DNA from: an uncultured Candidatus Saccharibacteria bacterium
GTDB lineage: Bacteria; Patescibacteriota; Minisyncoccia; Phycocordibacterales; CAIZLB01
NCBI GenBank assembly: GCA_964550955.1
Contig: CAZKAF010000003.1
Location: 7,489 to 71,488 of the forward strand
Direction of reading: 5' to 3'
Length of the DNA stretch: 64,000 nucleotides
This document shows, one piece after another, positions 36,801-46,204 of this stretch. A model generated the notes under the pieces. That model worked only from the letters and a program-made list of their open reading frames with translations. It was not told the origin of the DNA and did no database searches. The translations under genes and the position numbers were made by a program. Numbering within the stretch: position 1 is the first letter of the stretch; the number at the start of each line of letters is the position of its first letter.

Positions 36801-37343
36801 ATGTCAAAACAAGTACAAGGCGAGCGAAATTGGTACGCGATTCATACATATGCAGGGTATGAGAATGCGGTACTGCGAAATCTCAAGCAGCGAATCGAGT
36901 CTCTCGGCATGGAAGACAAGATTTTCAATGTCATCGTTCCCGTAGAAAAGAAAATCAAGATCAAGGCCGGCAAGCGAGTCGAGGAAGAGGAGAAAATCTA
37001 CCCCGGATACGTGCTCGTGGACATGTGCGTGACGGACGACTCGTGGTACGTCGTTCGAAACACTCCCCGAGTGACCGGCTTCGTCGGATCCGGGACAGTT
37101 CCCGTGCCGGTAGACAAGGCGGAAGTCGAGACTCTTTTCAAGAGGATGAATGCCGACAGCGTCAAGCACACCATCGACCTCGCGTCGGGCGACCTCATCA
37201 TCATTACGGACGGTCCGTTCAAGGAACTTGAGGGCAAGGTATCGGAAGTCGATACTGATCGAGGCAAGGTAAAGGTTCTCGTGTCGATGTTCGGGCGAGA
37301 AACTCCCGTCGAGCTCGATTTCTTGCAAGTTCGAAGGATGTAA
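36801..37343 (+). CDS. nusG: transcription termination/antitermination factor NusG
   Basis: WYAIHTYAGYEN N-terminus and C-terminal KOW region; conserved secE-nusG-rplK order. Confidence 0.85.
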   Translation: MSKQVQGERNWYAIHTYAGYENAVLRNLKQRIESLGMEDKIFNVIVPVEKKIKIKAGKRVEEEEKIYPGYVLVDMCVTDDSWYVVRNTPRVTGFVGSGTVPVPVDKAEVETLFKRMNADSVKHTIDLASGDLIIITDGPFKELEGKVSEVDTDRGKVKVLVSMFGRETPVELDFLQVRRM

Positions 37344-37394
37344 GGTATCGTACTGCTTAAGGCCAGCTCGCTCGCGCTTCTACTTGTCGAAATG

Positions 37395-37432
37395 GTCATA
37401 AATTAAACAAAAGGCTCGGCCCGTCAGGGCAT
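37395..37432 (+). terminator. terminator-like hairpin after nusG
   Basis: cggccc-gtcagggcattt-gggccg + TTTT. Confidence 0.5.
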
Positions 37433-37479
37433 TTGGGCCGTTTTAAGAACTAAGATTCAGGCTAAAACAATACAAATTT

Positions 37480-37902
37480 ATGGCAAAGAAAATAATCAAA
37501 CAGCTCAAGCTCCAGATTCCTGCAGCTAAGGCGACTCCTGCTCCGCCTATCGGTCCCGCGCTAGGTCAGGCCGGCATTCCTATCGGCGAATTCGTGAAGA
37601 AATTCAACGACGCCACTGCTCAGATGGCAGGGGACATCATCCCGACTGTCATTACGGTTTATGAAGACCGGTCTTACGACTTCGTCCTCAAGACTCCTCC
37701 TGCCGCGAACCTCGTCAAGAAGGCCGTCGGCATCGAGTCAGGTTCGGGAACTCCGAACAGCAAGAAGGCGGGCAAAATTACCAAGGCTCAGGTCCGGGAA
37801 ATCGCAGAGAAGAAGATGCCCGACCTTAATGCCAAGGACATCGAAGGCGCTATCAAGATGATCGAAGGCACGTGCCGGTCTCTCGGGGTAGAGGTGGTGT
37901 AA
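37480..37902 (+). CDS. rplK: 50S ribosomal protein L11
   Basis: [43 protein letters not shown] is the L11 signature. Confidence 0.9.
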   Translation: MAKKIIKQLKLQIPAAKATPAPPIGPALGQAGIPIGEFVKKFNDATAQMAGDIIPTVITVYEDRSYDFVLKTPPAANLVKKAVGIESGSGTPNSKKAGKITKAQVREIAEKKMPDLNAKDIEGAIKMIEGTCRSLGVEVV

Positions 37903-37917
37903 ATCTCCAAATCAATT

Positions 37918-37965
37918 TAGCAAAAAAAGCGCTGGCATTGCAAAAAAATGCCAGCGCTTTTTTGA
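37918..37965 (+). terminator. rho-independent terminator after rplK
   Basis: aaagcgctggcatt-gcaaaaaa-atgccagcgcttt + TTTTT. Confidence 0.7.
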
Positions 37966-38125
37966 TTACATTTTAATCGAATCTTTGGTAAAAGACTTAT
38001 GCACAATCTGATTGCGCGAATGAGCTTGCTAATGCGGCTGCCGCGCTATAAACTTAAATCAATATCTAGCCGTCTCGTCCATAAAGCATCCATGAAGATA
38101 TTGCATGGATTGCCTCAAAAATTAA

Positions 38126-39172
38126 ATGATTTCTCGCGTATCGAAATACATAATGCTGTCCGCCTTGATTTTAATAATCGGCGCGGCGTTCTCGGCTTTC
38201 AGGCCCGCGCAGACAGAGGCCCAGGGAAGTGCAGGGAGCGACCCTCAGCTAGTCGGTTGGTCTTGGTCATCTAATATAGGCTGGATATGCTTCAGCGGCT
38301 CAACGGTCCCTGATTGTCCCGGAGCAAGAGTAACTTTTTCGCCCGCTTCCGGGGCAGGCGAGAGGATGCTTTCGGGCTGGGCATGGTCGAATAACATAGG
38401 GTGGATAAAATTCGGAGGGTTATCCTCTTTGCCTGCCGGCGGCACAAATGCAAAATATGATCCAGCAAATGGAAGGATAACTGGATTTGTTCGGGCATGC
38501 GCCGGAACTGTAAATGAGGATTGCAACAGCGCGACGAGAACTGACGGATGGGACGGATGGATATCCCTCGGAAATCTGGGTGATCCTCGGTACGGGCTCA
38601 AGGTCGATCTGGCGACGAAAAAAGTAGTTGGCGCGAATGCCCTGTCATATGGCTGGGCATGGGGTTCAACGGTCGTCGGCTGGATAAGATTCGATGACAT
38701 GAAGGTGGAGGGCGAATTGGAAAATCCAGGCGGACAATGCGCGTTTACGGATATAAACGGATCTTCCCAGGTCTTGTCGGACGGACAGTCGCTTGTTGTT
38801 CCTGATGCTTCATGCGCAGGGCGGACGCATACGTATTCGTGCGCTTGCACGAGCGGCACTTGTTCCCCTTCGGTGAGTTCGGCGGGCACAGCTTGCGTTG
38901 ACGATTCCGTCGCCTCCTGCACGCTGCCCGGTTCTGCGGTCCCTCCGGCCACTCTTCCGTCCGGCGAAACGGCTGTCAGGTACTCGAGAAATCAAGTTCG
39001 CGCCGGCCTGTCCTGCTCAGCTTTCAGGGCATCGCTCGTTTGCCGTCCGGGATCCGGAGAAGAGGCCTCGGTGCTCGGCTTTGAAACGCTCCCTGTTTCT
39101 CCAGCATCGCAAAACGTCGCCGATTACGTCTACTCCGAGTGCAGGCCTCTTCCTTCGTACATCGAATCATAA
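38126..39172 (+). CDS. secreted Cys-rich protein with G-W-x-W-S-x-N-I-G-W-I-x-F repeats (family A, copy 1)
   Basis: signal peptide; repeats VGWSWSSNIGWICFSG / SGWAWSNNIGWIKFGG / YGWAWGSTVVGWIRFDD; C-terminal ...ECRPLPSYIES shared with 41593-42678. Confidence 0.55.
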   Translation: MISRVSKYIMLSALILIIGAAFSAFRPAQTEAQGSAGSDPQLVGWSWSSNIGWICFSGSTVPDCPGARVTFSPASGAGERMLSGWAWSNNIGWIKFGGLSSLPAGGTNAKYDPANGRITGFVRACAGTVNEDCNSATRTDGWDGWISLGNLGDPRYGLKVDLATKKVVGANALSYGWAWGSTVVGWIRFDDMKVEGELENPGGQCAFTDINGSSQVLSDGQSLVVPDASCAGRTHTYSCACTSGTCSPSVSSAGTACVDDSVASCTLPGSAVPPATLPSGETAVRYSRNQVRAGLSCSAFRASLVCRPGSGEEASVLGFETLPVSPASQNVADYVYSECRPLPSYIES

Positions 39173-39186
39173 TTCTAACGACAAAC

Positions 39187-39531
39187 ATGAACATGCGATA
39201 CAATATTAATGATAAAAAGGGAGTTTCAAGGACGACGAAGACCGTCGCGCTGTATTCGGCGGTCACGATATTCTTCGGCCTGCTGCTCGGCGCGCTTTAC
39301 TTCTGGACGCTTTCTCCTCGCGTTCAGGACTCGTCTCCTCCCTCGGGAGACACGTGGTCTGAAGAGGATGCGCGGGAAAAGGAAATAATTTTAAATCAAA
39401 TCAGGCAGGATGCCGAAGACAGGGAAACGCTGGGGGCGGAAGCTTCTAAAGCCAAGGAAGACGCGCTTCGATTGATTCGAAGGGATTCGGAGACAAGGGA
39501 AGTTGAAATCGAGGATGCTGGTCAAATTTAA
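39187..39531 (+). CDS. small single-TM protein (family B, copy 1), partner of the family A protein
   Basis: SRTTKTVALYSAVTIFFGLLLGALYFW TM closely matches 42698-43021; acidic C-terminal tail. Confidence 0.5.
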   Translation: MNMRYNINDKKGVSRTTKTVALYSAVTIFFGLLLGALYFWTLSPRVQDSSPPSGDTWSEEDAREKEIILNQIRQDAEDRETLGAEASKAKEDALRLIRRDSETREVEIEDAGQI

Positions 39532-39556
39532 AAGCAGGATTAGCAATTAACATCAC

Positions 39557-40405
39557 ATGATTATTATGAAAAAACTGAATTCAAGCATGCGCAATAGCAT
39601 GATATGCAAAAGCCTTTATCAAAATGGCCGTCAGATCGCAAGTACCGTTTTAGTGGCGGCATTGACGCTCGTCGTTTTCGGATACGGCAATTCCTTCGCT
39701 CAAACCTGGTCCGCGCCGACAGGGACCGCTCCTGGCGGGAATACCCCCGCTCCGCTCAATCTCGGATCAGCTCTTCAGGAAAAGCTCGGACCCTTGGCCA
39801 TCAACACGAGCACCGTATCTCCGGCGTCCGTGGGACTGAATGTGTTCGGCAAGTCAAACTTTCATGGGCAGATTTTAGGCAAAGATGACGTATGCATCGA
39901 AGTCGATGGCGACATACGATGCTTAAGCGACGCTCTGGAGGAAGACGAGCCTGTGGTTGTCGTCCCTCCTACTTCAAGCTGTACGCAGTTATATACGTCG
40001 TTGGGTACTGGTACTCAGGTTGATCTCAGGCCGGGATGGACGTCAGTTGCGGTTCCAGCCGCCTGCAAAACGGTTACCGGATGTCTCTTGAAGCAGGAGG
40101 CGGTTCATAATAACTCAAACAACAACAAGACATTGATTTACAGGCATTTCCAGAATACCTCGACGGGCGTTTGGAGTAATGATTGGAGGCCGACGAAATC
40201 ATTTACCAACGGCGACTCGACAGTTACGCACGTGTTTCCAATGAGGCATGACGGTCATCTTGTGATTGTGGACGACAGACCGAGCATAGCCAACAACATA
40301 AATGGGGTAAAGCAAACGCTAAACTATGCCGAGACTTCAAAAGACAATATCTCAATCAGAGACACTTCCGGCGTATGGGGGACTAAGCTAAGCGTTTGCC
40401 AGTAA
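39557..40405 (+). CDS. secreted hypothetical protein (AQTWSAP... N-terminal family)
   Basis: signal peptide then AQTWSAPTGTAPGGNTPAPLNLGS; the N-terminal mature region resembles those of 43076-43429 and 43452-44567. Confidence 0.45.
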   Translation: MIIMKKLNSSMRNSMICKSLYQNGRQIASTVLVAALTLVVFGYGNSFAQTWSAPTGTAPGGNTPAPLNLGSALQEKLGPLAINTSTVSPASVGLNVFGKSNFHGQILGKDDVCIEVDGDIRCLSDALEEDEPVVVVPPTSSCTQLYTSLGTGTQVDLRPGWTSVAVPAACKTVTGCLLKQEAVHNNSNNNKTLIYRHFQNTSTGVWSNDWRPTKSFTNGDSTVTHVFPMRHDGHLVIVDDRPSIANNINGVKQTLNYAETSKDNISIRDTSGVWGTKLSVCQ

Positions 40406-40418
40406 GATTGGCCCTTGG

Positions 40419-40865
40419 CTATTTCTTGCCGCTGCTTCCGAAAGCCCCGGTTCCGCGTTCCGATTCGTTGAGCTCGTCAGCTTCGATTATCTCAACCGTC
40501 TCCACGGGCATGATGAGCATCTGGATAATCTTGTCTCCTGCTTCGAACGTGTACGGCATGTCAGTCAGATTCATCAATCCTGCGTGAAGCTCGCCCCGAT
40601 ATCCGGAGTCGATGACTCCTCCGAAAGACTTGAGCCCGTGCTTGTGCGAAAGGCCGCTCTTGTCGAGCAGCAGGCCGGCGTATCCGTATGGAATCTCCAG
40701 GGCGATGCCCAAAGGGATAGACTTCCTTTCTCCCGGTTCGATTGTCAGGGAGACCGGCGTATAGAGGTCAAAACCGGCGTCGCCGTAATGCGCATACTGG
40801 GGGATTCGGGCATCCGGATGAACCTTCTTTATTTTGAGCTTGCGTGCTTCGGTCATGTTTTCCAA
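40419..40865 (-). CDS. dut: dUTP diphosphatase
   Basis: 148 aa; GDAGFDLY, GLLLDKSGL, GVIDSGYRGE motifs of trimeric dUTPase. Confidence 0.85.
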   Translation of the reverse strand: MENMTEARKLKIKKVHPDARIPQYAHYGDAGFDLYTPVSLTIEPGERKSIPLGIALEIPYGYAGLLLDKSGLSHKHGLKSFGGVIDSGYRGELHAGLMNLTDMPYTFEAGDKIIQMLIMPVETVEIIEADELNESERGTGAFGSSGKK

Positions 40866-40869
40866 TAGC

Positions 40870-41490
40870 TTAATACTTTTCCACTTCCTTGTCCAAGACG
40901 ACCAGTTCCACTGCCGCTTCTTGGAAAACGCGCTTCGTCTGAACGGATGCCTGATAGTCTTTTTGCGCCACGACTCGCACGACGCCGGCGTTTATGATCA
41001 GCTTGGCGCAGACATAGCAAGGAACCATCTTGCAGTAAAGGTCCGCTCCCTTTACCGAGTTGCCGACCTTGGCTGCCTGGATCAGGGCGTTCTGTTCCGC
41101 ATGCACCGTCCGTATGCAATGCATCGTCTCCCTGCCGTCATCGTGGGTTACTTTGTGCATCTCATGCCCGACTTCGTCGCAATGGGGAAGTCCTGCCGGC
41201 GATCCGACATAGCCCGTCGTGATTATTCTCCTGTTCTTGACTATGATGGAACCGGATTTCCCTCGGTCGCAAGTTCCGCGGCTGCCGACTATTTCGCAAA
41301 TGGACATGAAGTACTCGTCCCAAGAAGGCCGGGCCGTTTTTGCAGCGGGCGTCTGCGTCTTGGGCATTTTGGCCTCAGGCTTTCGCGCCTTCGGGGCAAT
41401 TTTTTTCGCCAGCCCGCCTCGGGATGATTTCAAGCTGGTCTTTGCCGGCGCGGTGACGCCTCTGCTCGCCAGTTTTTTAGGATTTTTCAT
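40870..41490 (-). CDS. dCMP deaminase (ComEB-like) with Lys/Ala/Pro-rich N-terminal extension
   Basis: zinc-binding HAEQNAL and PCYVCAKLI motifs; ~45-aa basic N-terminal tail (alternative internal start MPKTQ at ~41367). Confidence 0.8.
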   Translation of the reverse strand: MKNPKKLASRGVTAPAKTSLKSSRGGLAKKIAPKARKPEAKMPKTQTPAAKTARPSWDEYFMSICEIVGSRGTCDRGKSGSIIVKNRRIITTGYVGSPAGLPHCDEVGHEMHKVTHDDGRETMHCIRTVHAEQNALIQAAKVGNSVKGADLYCKMVPCYVCAKLIINAGVVRVVAQKDYQASVQTKRVFQEAAVELVVLDKEVEKY

Positions 41491-41592
41491 TGCGCCCTAA
41501 TTATAGCTCAAATGGGGTTCATGTGTGTAACTTGATATTTACGCCAGATGTTATGTGGTAGAATTTAAGCATTAGCTATTTAAATCATTTAA

Positions 41593-42678
41593 ATGAAGAG
41601 AATTAAAAACATAATATTCGCAATGGTCCTGGTGCTGATTGCCGTGACGGCATCTCAGCTTTTCGCGCCTGAGGCAAACAAGGCAGAGGCACAAGGGTCG
41701 CCTCTCGTCGGCAAGCGGCTCGTCGGATACGCCTGGTCCGCGAATGTCGGCTGGATTTCGTTTAACGAGGCCTCGACGGCCGTAACCATTGATTCTGACT
41801 TGGCATTGAAGGGTTTTGCCTGGTCTCCAAGCATCGGCTGGATCAAGTTCGGTGGTCTGGATCGCAGGACGTCGTCATTCCTCGGGCTTACCGGTGATGC
41901 TAAAGTATACGGTCAGTCAGGTGCGGCAGGATTTCTGGGCGGTTATGCTCGAGCCTGCAACGGCATGCCTTCTTCCTCGGTTGCCAGTTGCGATGCTAAG
42001 GATTTTTTAGATGCCTCCCTTGTGTCGGAAAATGGAGGCTGGGACGGGCTCATACAACTGGGCAAGGTCACGGGCACGAGTAACCATCCTTATTCAGGCG
42101 GAACGTACGGCATCACCATAGCTTCGGACGGGACAACCTTGATTGGACAAGGCGGCAGAGGCAAGCCGTTTGCCTGGGGAGGGGACATCTTCGGCTGGAT
42201 AAGCTTTGAGAACGTCTCTGTCAGGTCTCAGAGCGAGTTCTGCGTCATTCCTACGACTGAAGGCGGAATAGTGATGGTCGGCCAGACGAAGGCTTCGGTT
42301 TCAAGGACGGGCGATACGTGCAGCGAATCTGTCTGGTCATGCCCGGTAGGCGGTCAGCCGGCAGTTCAGGTAGGGGCTTCAACGGAAGTTGATTGTAGCG
42401 ACGACGATGACGACGATGACTTTGCCGTGCCGTTCAACTGTACTCACGCAGGCTCCTTTGTCGGCGGCGGGGAAGAGGTCACTCTCTTCTCCAGGTCTCA
42501 GGTGCGAGCCGAGCAGTCTTGTTCAGATTATTCGGCCACTCTCAGATGCGAGAGGGTCGCAAATGACAATCCGGTCGGACAAATGGAGATAATTGCTCCG
42601 AATGCTCATCTTGGGGACGAGGCTCAGAATTACAAATATCAAGGATGCCGCGCGTTTCCTTCGTATATTGAACAATAA
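41593..42678 (+). CDS. secreted Cys-rich protein with G-[YF]-AWS-x-N/S-[IV]GWI-x-F repeats (family A, copy 2)
   Basis: repeats VGYAWSANVGWISFNE / KGFAWSPSIGWIKFGG / FAWGGDIFGWISFEN; poly-Asp stretch; C-terminal ...GCRAFPSYIEQ. Confidence 0.55.
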   Translation: MKRIKNIIFAMVLVLIAVTASQLFAPEANKAEAQGSPLVGKRLVGYAWSANVGWISFNEASTAVTIDSDLALKGFAWSPSIGWIKFGGLDRRTSSFLGLTGDAKVYGQSGAAGFLGGYARACNGMPSSSVASCDAKDFLDASLVSENGGWDGLIQLGKVTGTSNHPYSGGTYGITIASDGTTLIGQGGRGKPFAWGGDIFGWISFENVSVRSQSEFCVIPTTEGGIVMVGQTKASVSRTGDTCSESVWSCPVGGQPAVQVGASTEVDCSDDDDDDDFAVPFNCTHAGSFVGGGEEVTLFSRSQVRAEQSCSDYSATLRCERVANDNPVGQMEIIAPNAHLGDEAQNYKYQGCRAFPSYIEQ

Positions 42679-42697
42679 TTAGCACAGCATAATATAT

Positions 42698-43021
42698 ATG
42701 TCATATAACATGGAAAACAATAACGGAGCGTCAAGGACAGTCAAAACGATTATCCTGTATTCGGCCATAATCGTATTCTTCGGCGTCCTGCTCGGATCTG
42801 TATATTTCTTCGCAAGCCGGCCCGTGGTAGTGGACGAGGGGGAGATGCAGAACATCAGGGATTCCTGGACGCAGGAACAAAGAGATATCTATGAAGTGAA
42901 TCTGTATGAAATCGACCCTGATCTTGTCTTCGAGAGCGAAGAAGACATTCAGGCTTATATCGACAGCCATATACCGCCAGAATACACGGATGAAGAGGAT
43001 GCTGGCGGGGCTGCTCGGTAG
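42698..43021 (+). CDS. small single-TM protein (family B, copy 2)
   Basis: SRTVKTIILYSAIIVFFGVLLGSVYFF TM; acidic C-terminus; paralog of 39187-39531. Confidence 0.5.
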   Translation: MSYNMENNNGASRTVKTIILYSAIIVFFGVLLGSVYFFASRPVVVDEGEMQNIRDSWTQEQRDIYEVNLYEIDPDLVFESEEDIQAYIDSHIPPEYTDEEDAGGAAR

Positions 43022-43075
43022 AGCGTGGGAAAAATCGCCAATATTAAATTAGCTTATTAAAATTAAAAACAACGT

Positions 43076-43429
43076 ATGAAAAAACAAATTAAAGAAACAA
43101 TGTATGGGTTCGTTCTGGCAGTGATATTGCTTGGAGGCGCAAACTTCGTGTATGCGCAGTCCTGGTCGGCAACATGGAACCCGGCTCCTTCTCAGGTGCC
43201 TCCAGCTTCGACCAATGTTCCTGCCCCTATCAACACCGGTCCTACTACCCAGATTAAAAATGGTTCGTTCATTGTCAGCGGCACATTTACTACGCTCGGA
43301 AACATCCTCATGTCCGGCGGCTTGAGAATTTCAACCGGCGCCGGCAACGGAAAAGTTCTCACTTCGAATGCGACAGGCGTCGCTACATGGCAAGAGCTTC
43401 CGGCTGCCTGTGTCGCTGCTTCAAATTAG
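43076..43429 (+). CDS. small secreted protein (AQSWSA... family)
   Basis: signal peptide, AQSWSATWNPAPSQVPPAS; contains ...GNGKVLTSNATGVATW, a fibre-like motif also present in the next gene. Confidence 0.45.
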   Translation: MKKQIKETMYGFVLAVILLGGANFVYAQSWSATWNPAPSQVPPASTNVPAPINTGPTTQIKNGSFIVSGTFTTLGNILMSGGLRISTGAGNGKVLTSNATGVATWQELPAACVAASN

Positions 43430-43451
43430 CCTAGCCCGATAACCAAAAAAT

Positions 43452-44567
43452 ATGAAACTAAATATCCTTAAAAAAACGCAGACGTATCATATCCTTCTTT
43501 GGGTGCTGTTCTTCGCTGCTGGTTCGCAGGTAGTGCTTTCTTTTACAGATACGACCATCTCGCCGCCGACTGCTGCCGGTCAATCGGTACCGAGCATTAA
43601 GTATCCCGTAATGTCGGCTACGACGACCGCGACCCAGACGAAATCGGGAGGGCTTACCATCCATAACGGAAACTTTGAGGTAAAGGGCCTCACTACGCTG
43701 TCCGGACCGGTCACGATCGTTGCAGGTTCTCCTGGAATAGGAAAGGTTCTTGTTTCAGACGGTGATGGCAACGGACGATGGGCGTCGCTTGTCGTCAACG
43801 ATGCCGTCGTCAACGCTTGCCGAAGGCAGACCGAAAGCACTAACGGTTCCCAGAGGGTATCCATGTCCACCAGGACATACAAGAATGCTGCTGGTCAGCA
43901 TGTCTGGGATTTGCAGAGAGGCGGAACGGGAAAGCCTTGGTATAATGGCACCAGCAGGAAATTTCCAGCCAACGGCACTCATCTCATAGGCCGGGAAGCC
44001 TGCGTGTATTATTACTATCAAGTTCAGTCCGGCGGATCTGAGGCATATCGCTATTGCGACGGCGTCGATGTCAGAGTCAGCGCGAAAAATGAAAGCTGGG
44101 GCGACTGCACTGGCCAGGCATATGGCTTAAATGGCACGTATGCGAAAGACAAGAATGACTGCGGAGGAAACGGCGCCGCCTCGGCGGTCTGTCGGGAGGT
44201 GAATTTCAATTATGTCTACAAAACAGCCGCAGACTGCACGAATGGTTCGGGCACGGTCGGAATGGGTCATTATACCGGGACAGCTGCCGCTGCCGTGACC
44301 GACACGACGGTAAGTTCGTCTCCTATCATACCGTGCAACATGAAATTCTATCCGAAGTGGGAATGTCCTGCGGATAATGCCACGTACAGGTTCTCGAAGG
44401 AACCCAATCTTTCGACCGGAAAATGTACCAGAACCAAGATATCCAATAACCAGACAGCGGAAGTCAATGCCGTGAAGCCTGGCGCAATAAAGCAATGCAA
44501 TGTTGCGGGAGGATGGACTCCGTTTCGCGTGACGGGACGATGCATCGGAGGGACGGTTACGAATTAG
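43452..44567 (+). CDS. secreted Cys-rich hypothetical protein (same N-terminal family)
   Basis: signal peptide; ...GSPGIGKVLVSDGDGNGRWAS motif; many Cys in the C-terminal half. Confidence 0.45.
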   Translation: MKLNILKKTQTYHILLWVLFFAAGSQVVLSFTDTTISPPTAAGQSVPSIKYPVMSATTTATQTKSGGLTIHNGNFEVKGLTTLSGPVTIVAGSPGIGKVLVSDGDGNGRWASLVVNDAVVNACRRQTESTNGSQRVSMSTRTYKNAAGQHVWDLQRGGTGKPWYNGTSRKFPANGTHLIGREACVYYYYQVQSGGSEAYRYCDGVDVRVSAKNESWGDCTGQAYGLNGTYAKDKNDCGGNGAASAVCREVNFNYVYKTAADCTNGSGTVGMGHYTGTAAAAVTDTTVSSSPIIPCNMKFYPKWECPADNATYRFSKEPNLSTGKCTRTKISNNQTAEVNAVKPGAIKQCNVAGGWTPFRVTGRCIGGTVTN

Positions 44568-44617
44568 TTTAATATTGCCGGTTGTCGTCAATGACGACAG
44601 GATAAAAGCCGCTGATT

Positions 44618-44650
44618 CATACCAGCGGCTTTTATGTTTGCGGGTTCTCG
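44618..44650. terminator. bidirectional terminator hairpin between convergent genes
   Basis: aaagccgctg-attcatacc-agcggctttt with T-runs on both strands. Confidence 0.55.
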
Positions 44651-44715
44651 CTCTGTCCGTGCGGTTCAAGTTGCGCAATCTGCGCCCGATCAAAATTTAT
44701 TTAGCCAGGAGAAAT

Positions 44716-46074
44716 TTAGCTTTTCTTCACGATGTCCTGAGCGCCTCGCTTGATGTCCCATTCGTCTTCGGACATGTCGGCATGGAGCTGAATCTGCGGA
44801 ATGATTGACTTCAGGTATGCGGACATCTGCTGCGCCACGACCCTGAGCGTCGGGTGAACGGTCTGGCTTGCCCGAAGTTCCGATACGTATACCGTTTGAG
44901 GGAGGCTGTACGTTACCTCGCAGGCGATGGCAAATCCCATGGCTATGTAGTATTGCCTGACATACTCATCGCAGTTCAGACTGCTGATTTTTTCAGCCTG
45001 ATTCTTGATGGCCGTTTCGACCTCTTCCCTGAGCCCTGCCGGAAGCTGTTCCAGATACCAAGGCAGGAAGCCGTGATTTGTCGTAAGAAGAGGCATTTCG
45101 GAGATTCCGTTCCTGTGTCTTTGGATATCCCTGAATGATCCGAAGTCCAGGGGGAATTGGAAGCGGATGGAGCCGTACTTCGCGAGCTTCGCCGGAAGTT
45201 CGGTCTTTTGAGGCCGCTGTTCGAGCAGGTCGGTATGGACGCTGAGCCCTGCCAGGTCCAAGTTATGCACGGCGCTGAAGCCGGCCATGAGAGCGTTCTC
45301 TTTTCGGTCATAGAAATCGAGCTTTGAGCTCAAGTCATAAAAAGCCTCCTGTTCCGGATACAGCTTATGGCTGAAGCTGCTCGGGTATTTTGACTTAAGC
45401 GCGGTTCGGATCGTTTCGGCGATTTCTCGCACCTCGGGCAATGCATGATGCTCCATATACTTGAGGTGGTCATGCGCCTGCCTGAAGTCGGTGTGCCAGC
45501 TCGCGTATGTCGTCGCGCCGGCCGGGAGAAGCCCGCGGGCGATGTCGAACGCCTTGGCCTTGATGGCTTTTTCATACACGGTGTCTTTCTCTTCCTCTTT
45601 CTTCGGGTACTTTTCCTTGAAATGGGGAATAAGCGTTTCCAGAGCTTTGACGTACAAATTCATCCACTCCTGCTGGATGCTTTTTCCGAGCTCTTCCTGG
45701 CTCGGATCGATATCCTTGATGGGGTTCAAGACCTTTTGCGATGCCATATCCAGATATCGGGTGCTGGCTTCCTGCCCCCTGTAGAGCTGCCAATCCTGCA
45801 ATGCCTTGGCAGCCAGCATGCTGACGTTCTCTATGAAAAGCGTGGTGCTGCCGCAGTCGCCGATGCTCTTGTGCCCGTATCCTACATAAAAAGTATCCAT
45901 GAACTTCTCATATCCGACTTCGGAAATCTTCTGCAGGTGGTTGACCACGCTTTGGGGCGATCGCGAATAAAGAGCCTGGGCCATCGCTGTCGCTTCAGGA
46001 TGGAGGCCGTCAACGATAAATACTTCCGAGCCTTCCTTGGTCACGGCGTCGGGCTTGATGCTTGTTTGGTTCAT
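44716..46074 (-). CDS. thyX: FAD-dependent thymidylate synthase ThyX-like, apparent tandem-duplicated (pseudo-dimeric) form
   Basis: N-terminal half has the ThyX-like GYGHKSIGDCGSTTLFIENVSMLAAKALQDWQLYRGQEASTRY but lacks RHR; C-terminal half has FRDIQRHRNGISE (RHR motif); genomic context with dut, dCMP deaminase, glyA and tmk. Confidence 0.5.
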   Translation of the reverse strand: MNQTSIKPDAVTKEGSEVFIVDGLHPEATAMAQALYSRSPQSVVNHLQKISEVGYEKFMDTFYVGYGHKSIGDCGSTTLFIENVSMLAAKALQDWQLYRGQEASTRYLDMASQKVLNPIKDIDPSQEELGKSIQQEWMNLYVKALETLIPHFKEKYPKKEEEKDTVYEKAIKAKAFDIARGLLPAGATTYASWHTDFRQAHDHLKYMEHHALPEVREIAETIRTALKSKYPSSFSHKLYPEQEAFYDLSSKLDFYDRKENALMAGFSAVHNLDLAGLSVHTDLLEQRPQKTELPAKLAKYGSIRFQFPLDFGSFRDIQRHRNGISEMPLLTTNHGFLPWYLEQLPAGLREEVETAIKNQAEKISSLNCDEYVRQYYIAMGFAIACEVTYSLPQTVYVSELRASQTVHPTLRVVAQQMSAYLKSIIPQIQLHADMSEDEWDIKRGAQDIVKKS

Positions 46075-46204
46075 GGCTCAATTGTACCAAATACAACGCC
46101 CGTGCAAATGCAGTTTCCGGCCTTGTTCATGGCCCTTTAAATCCGCTTTACGGGCTTTCTGAAAAAGACGTATAATTAGCGCACCTTAACCATACATCAA
46201 ACCA

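Noticed and set aside
44127-44693. 188-aa minus-strand ORF
   Set aside because: Mostly antisense to the secreted protein gene 43452-44567. Arg-rich.
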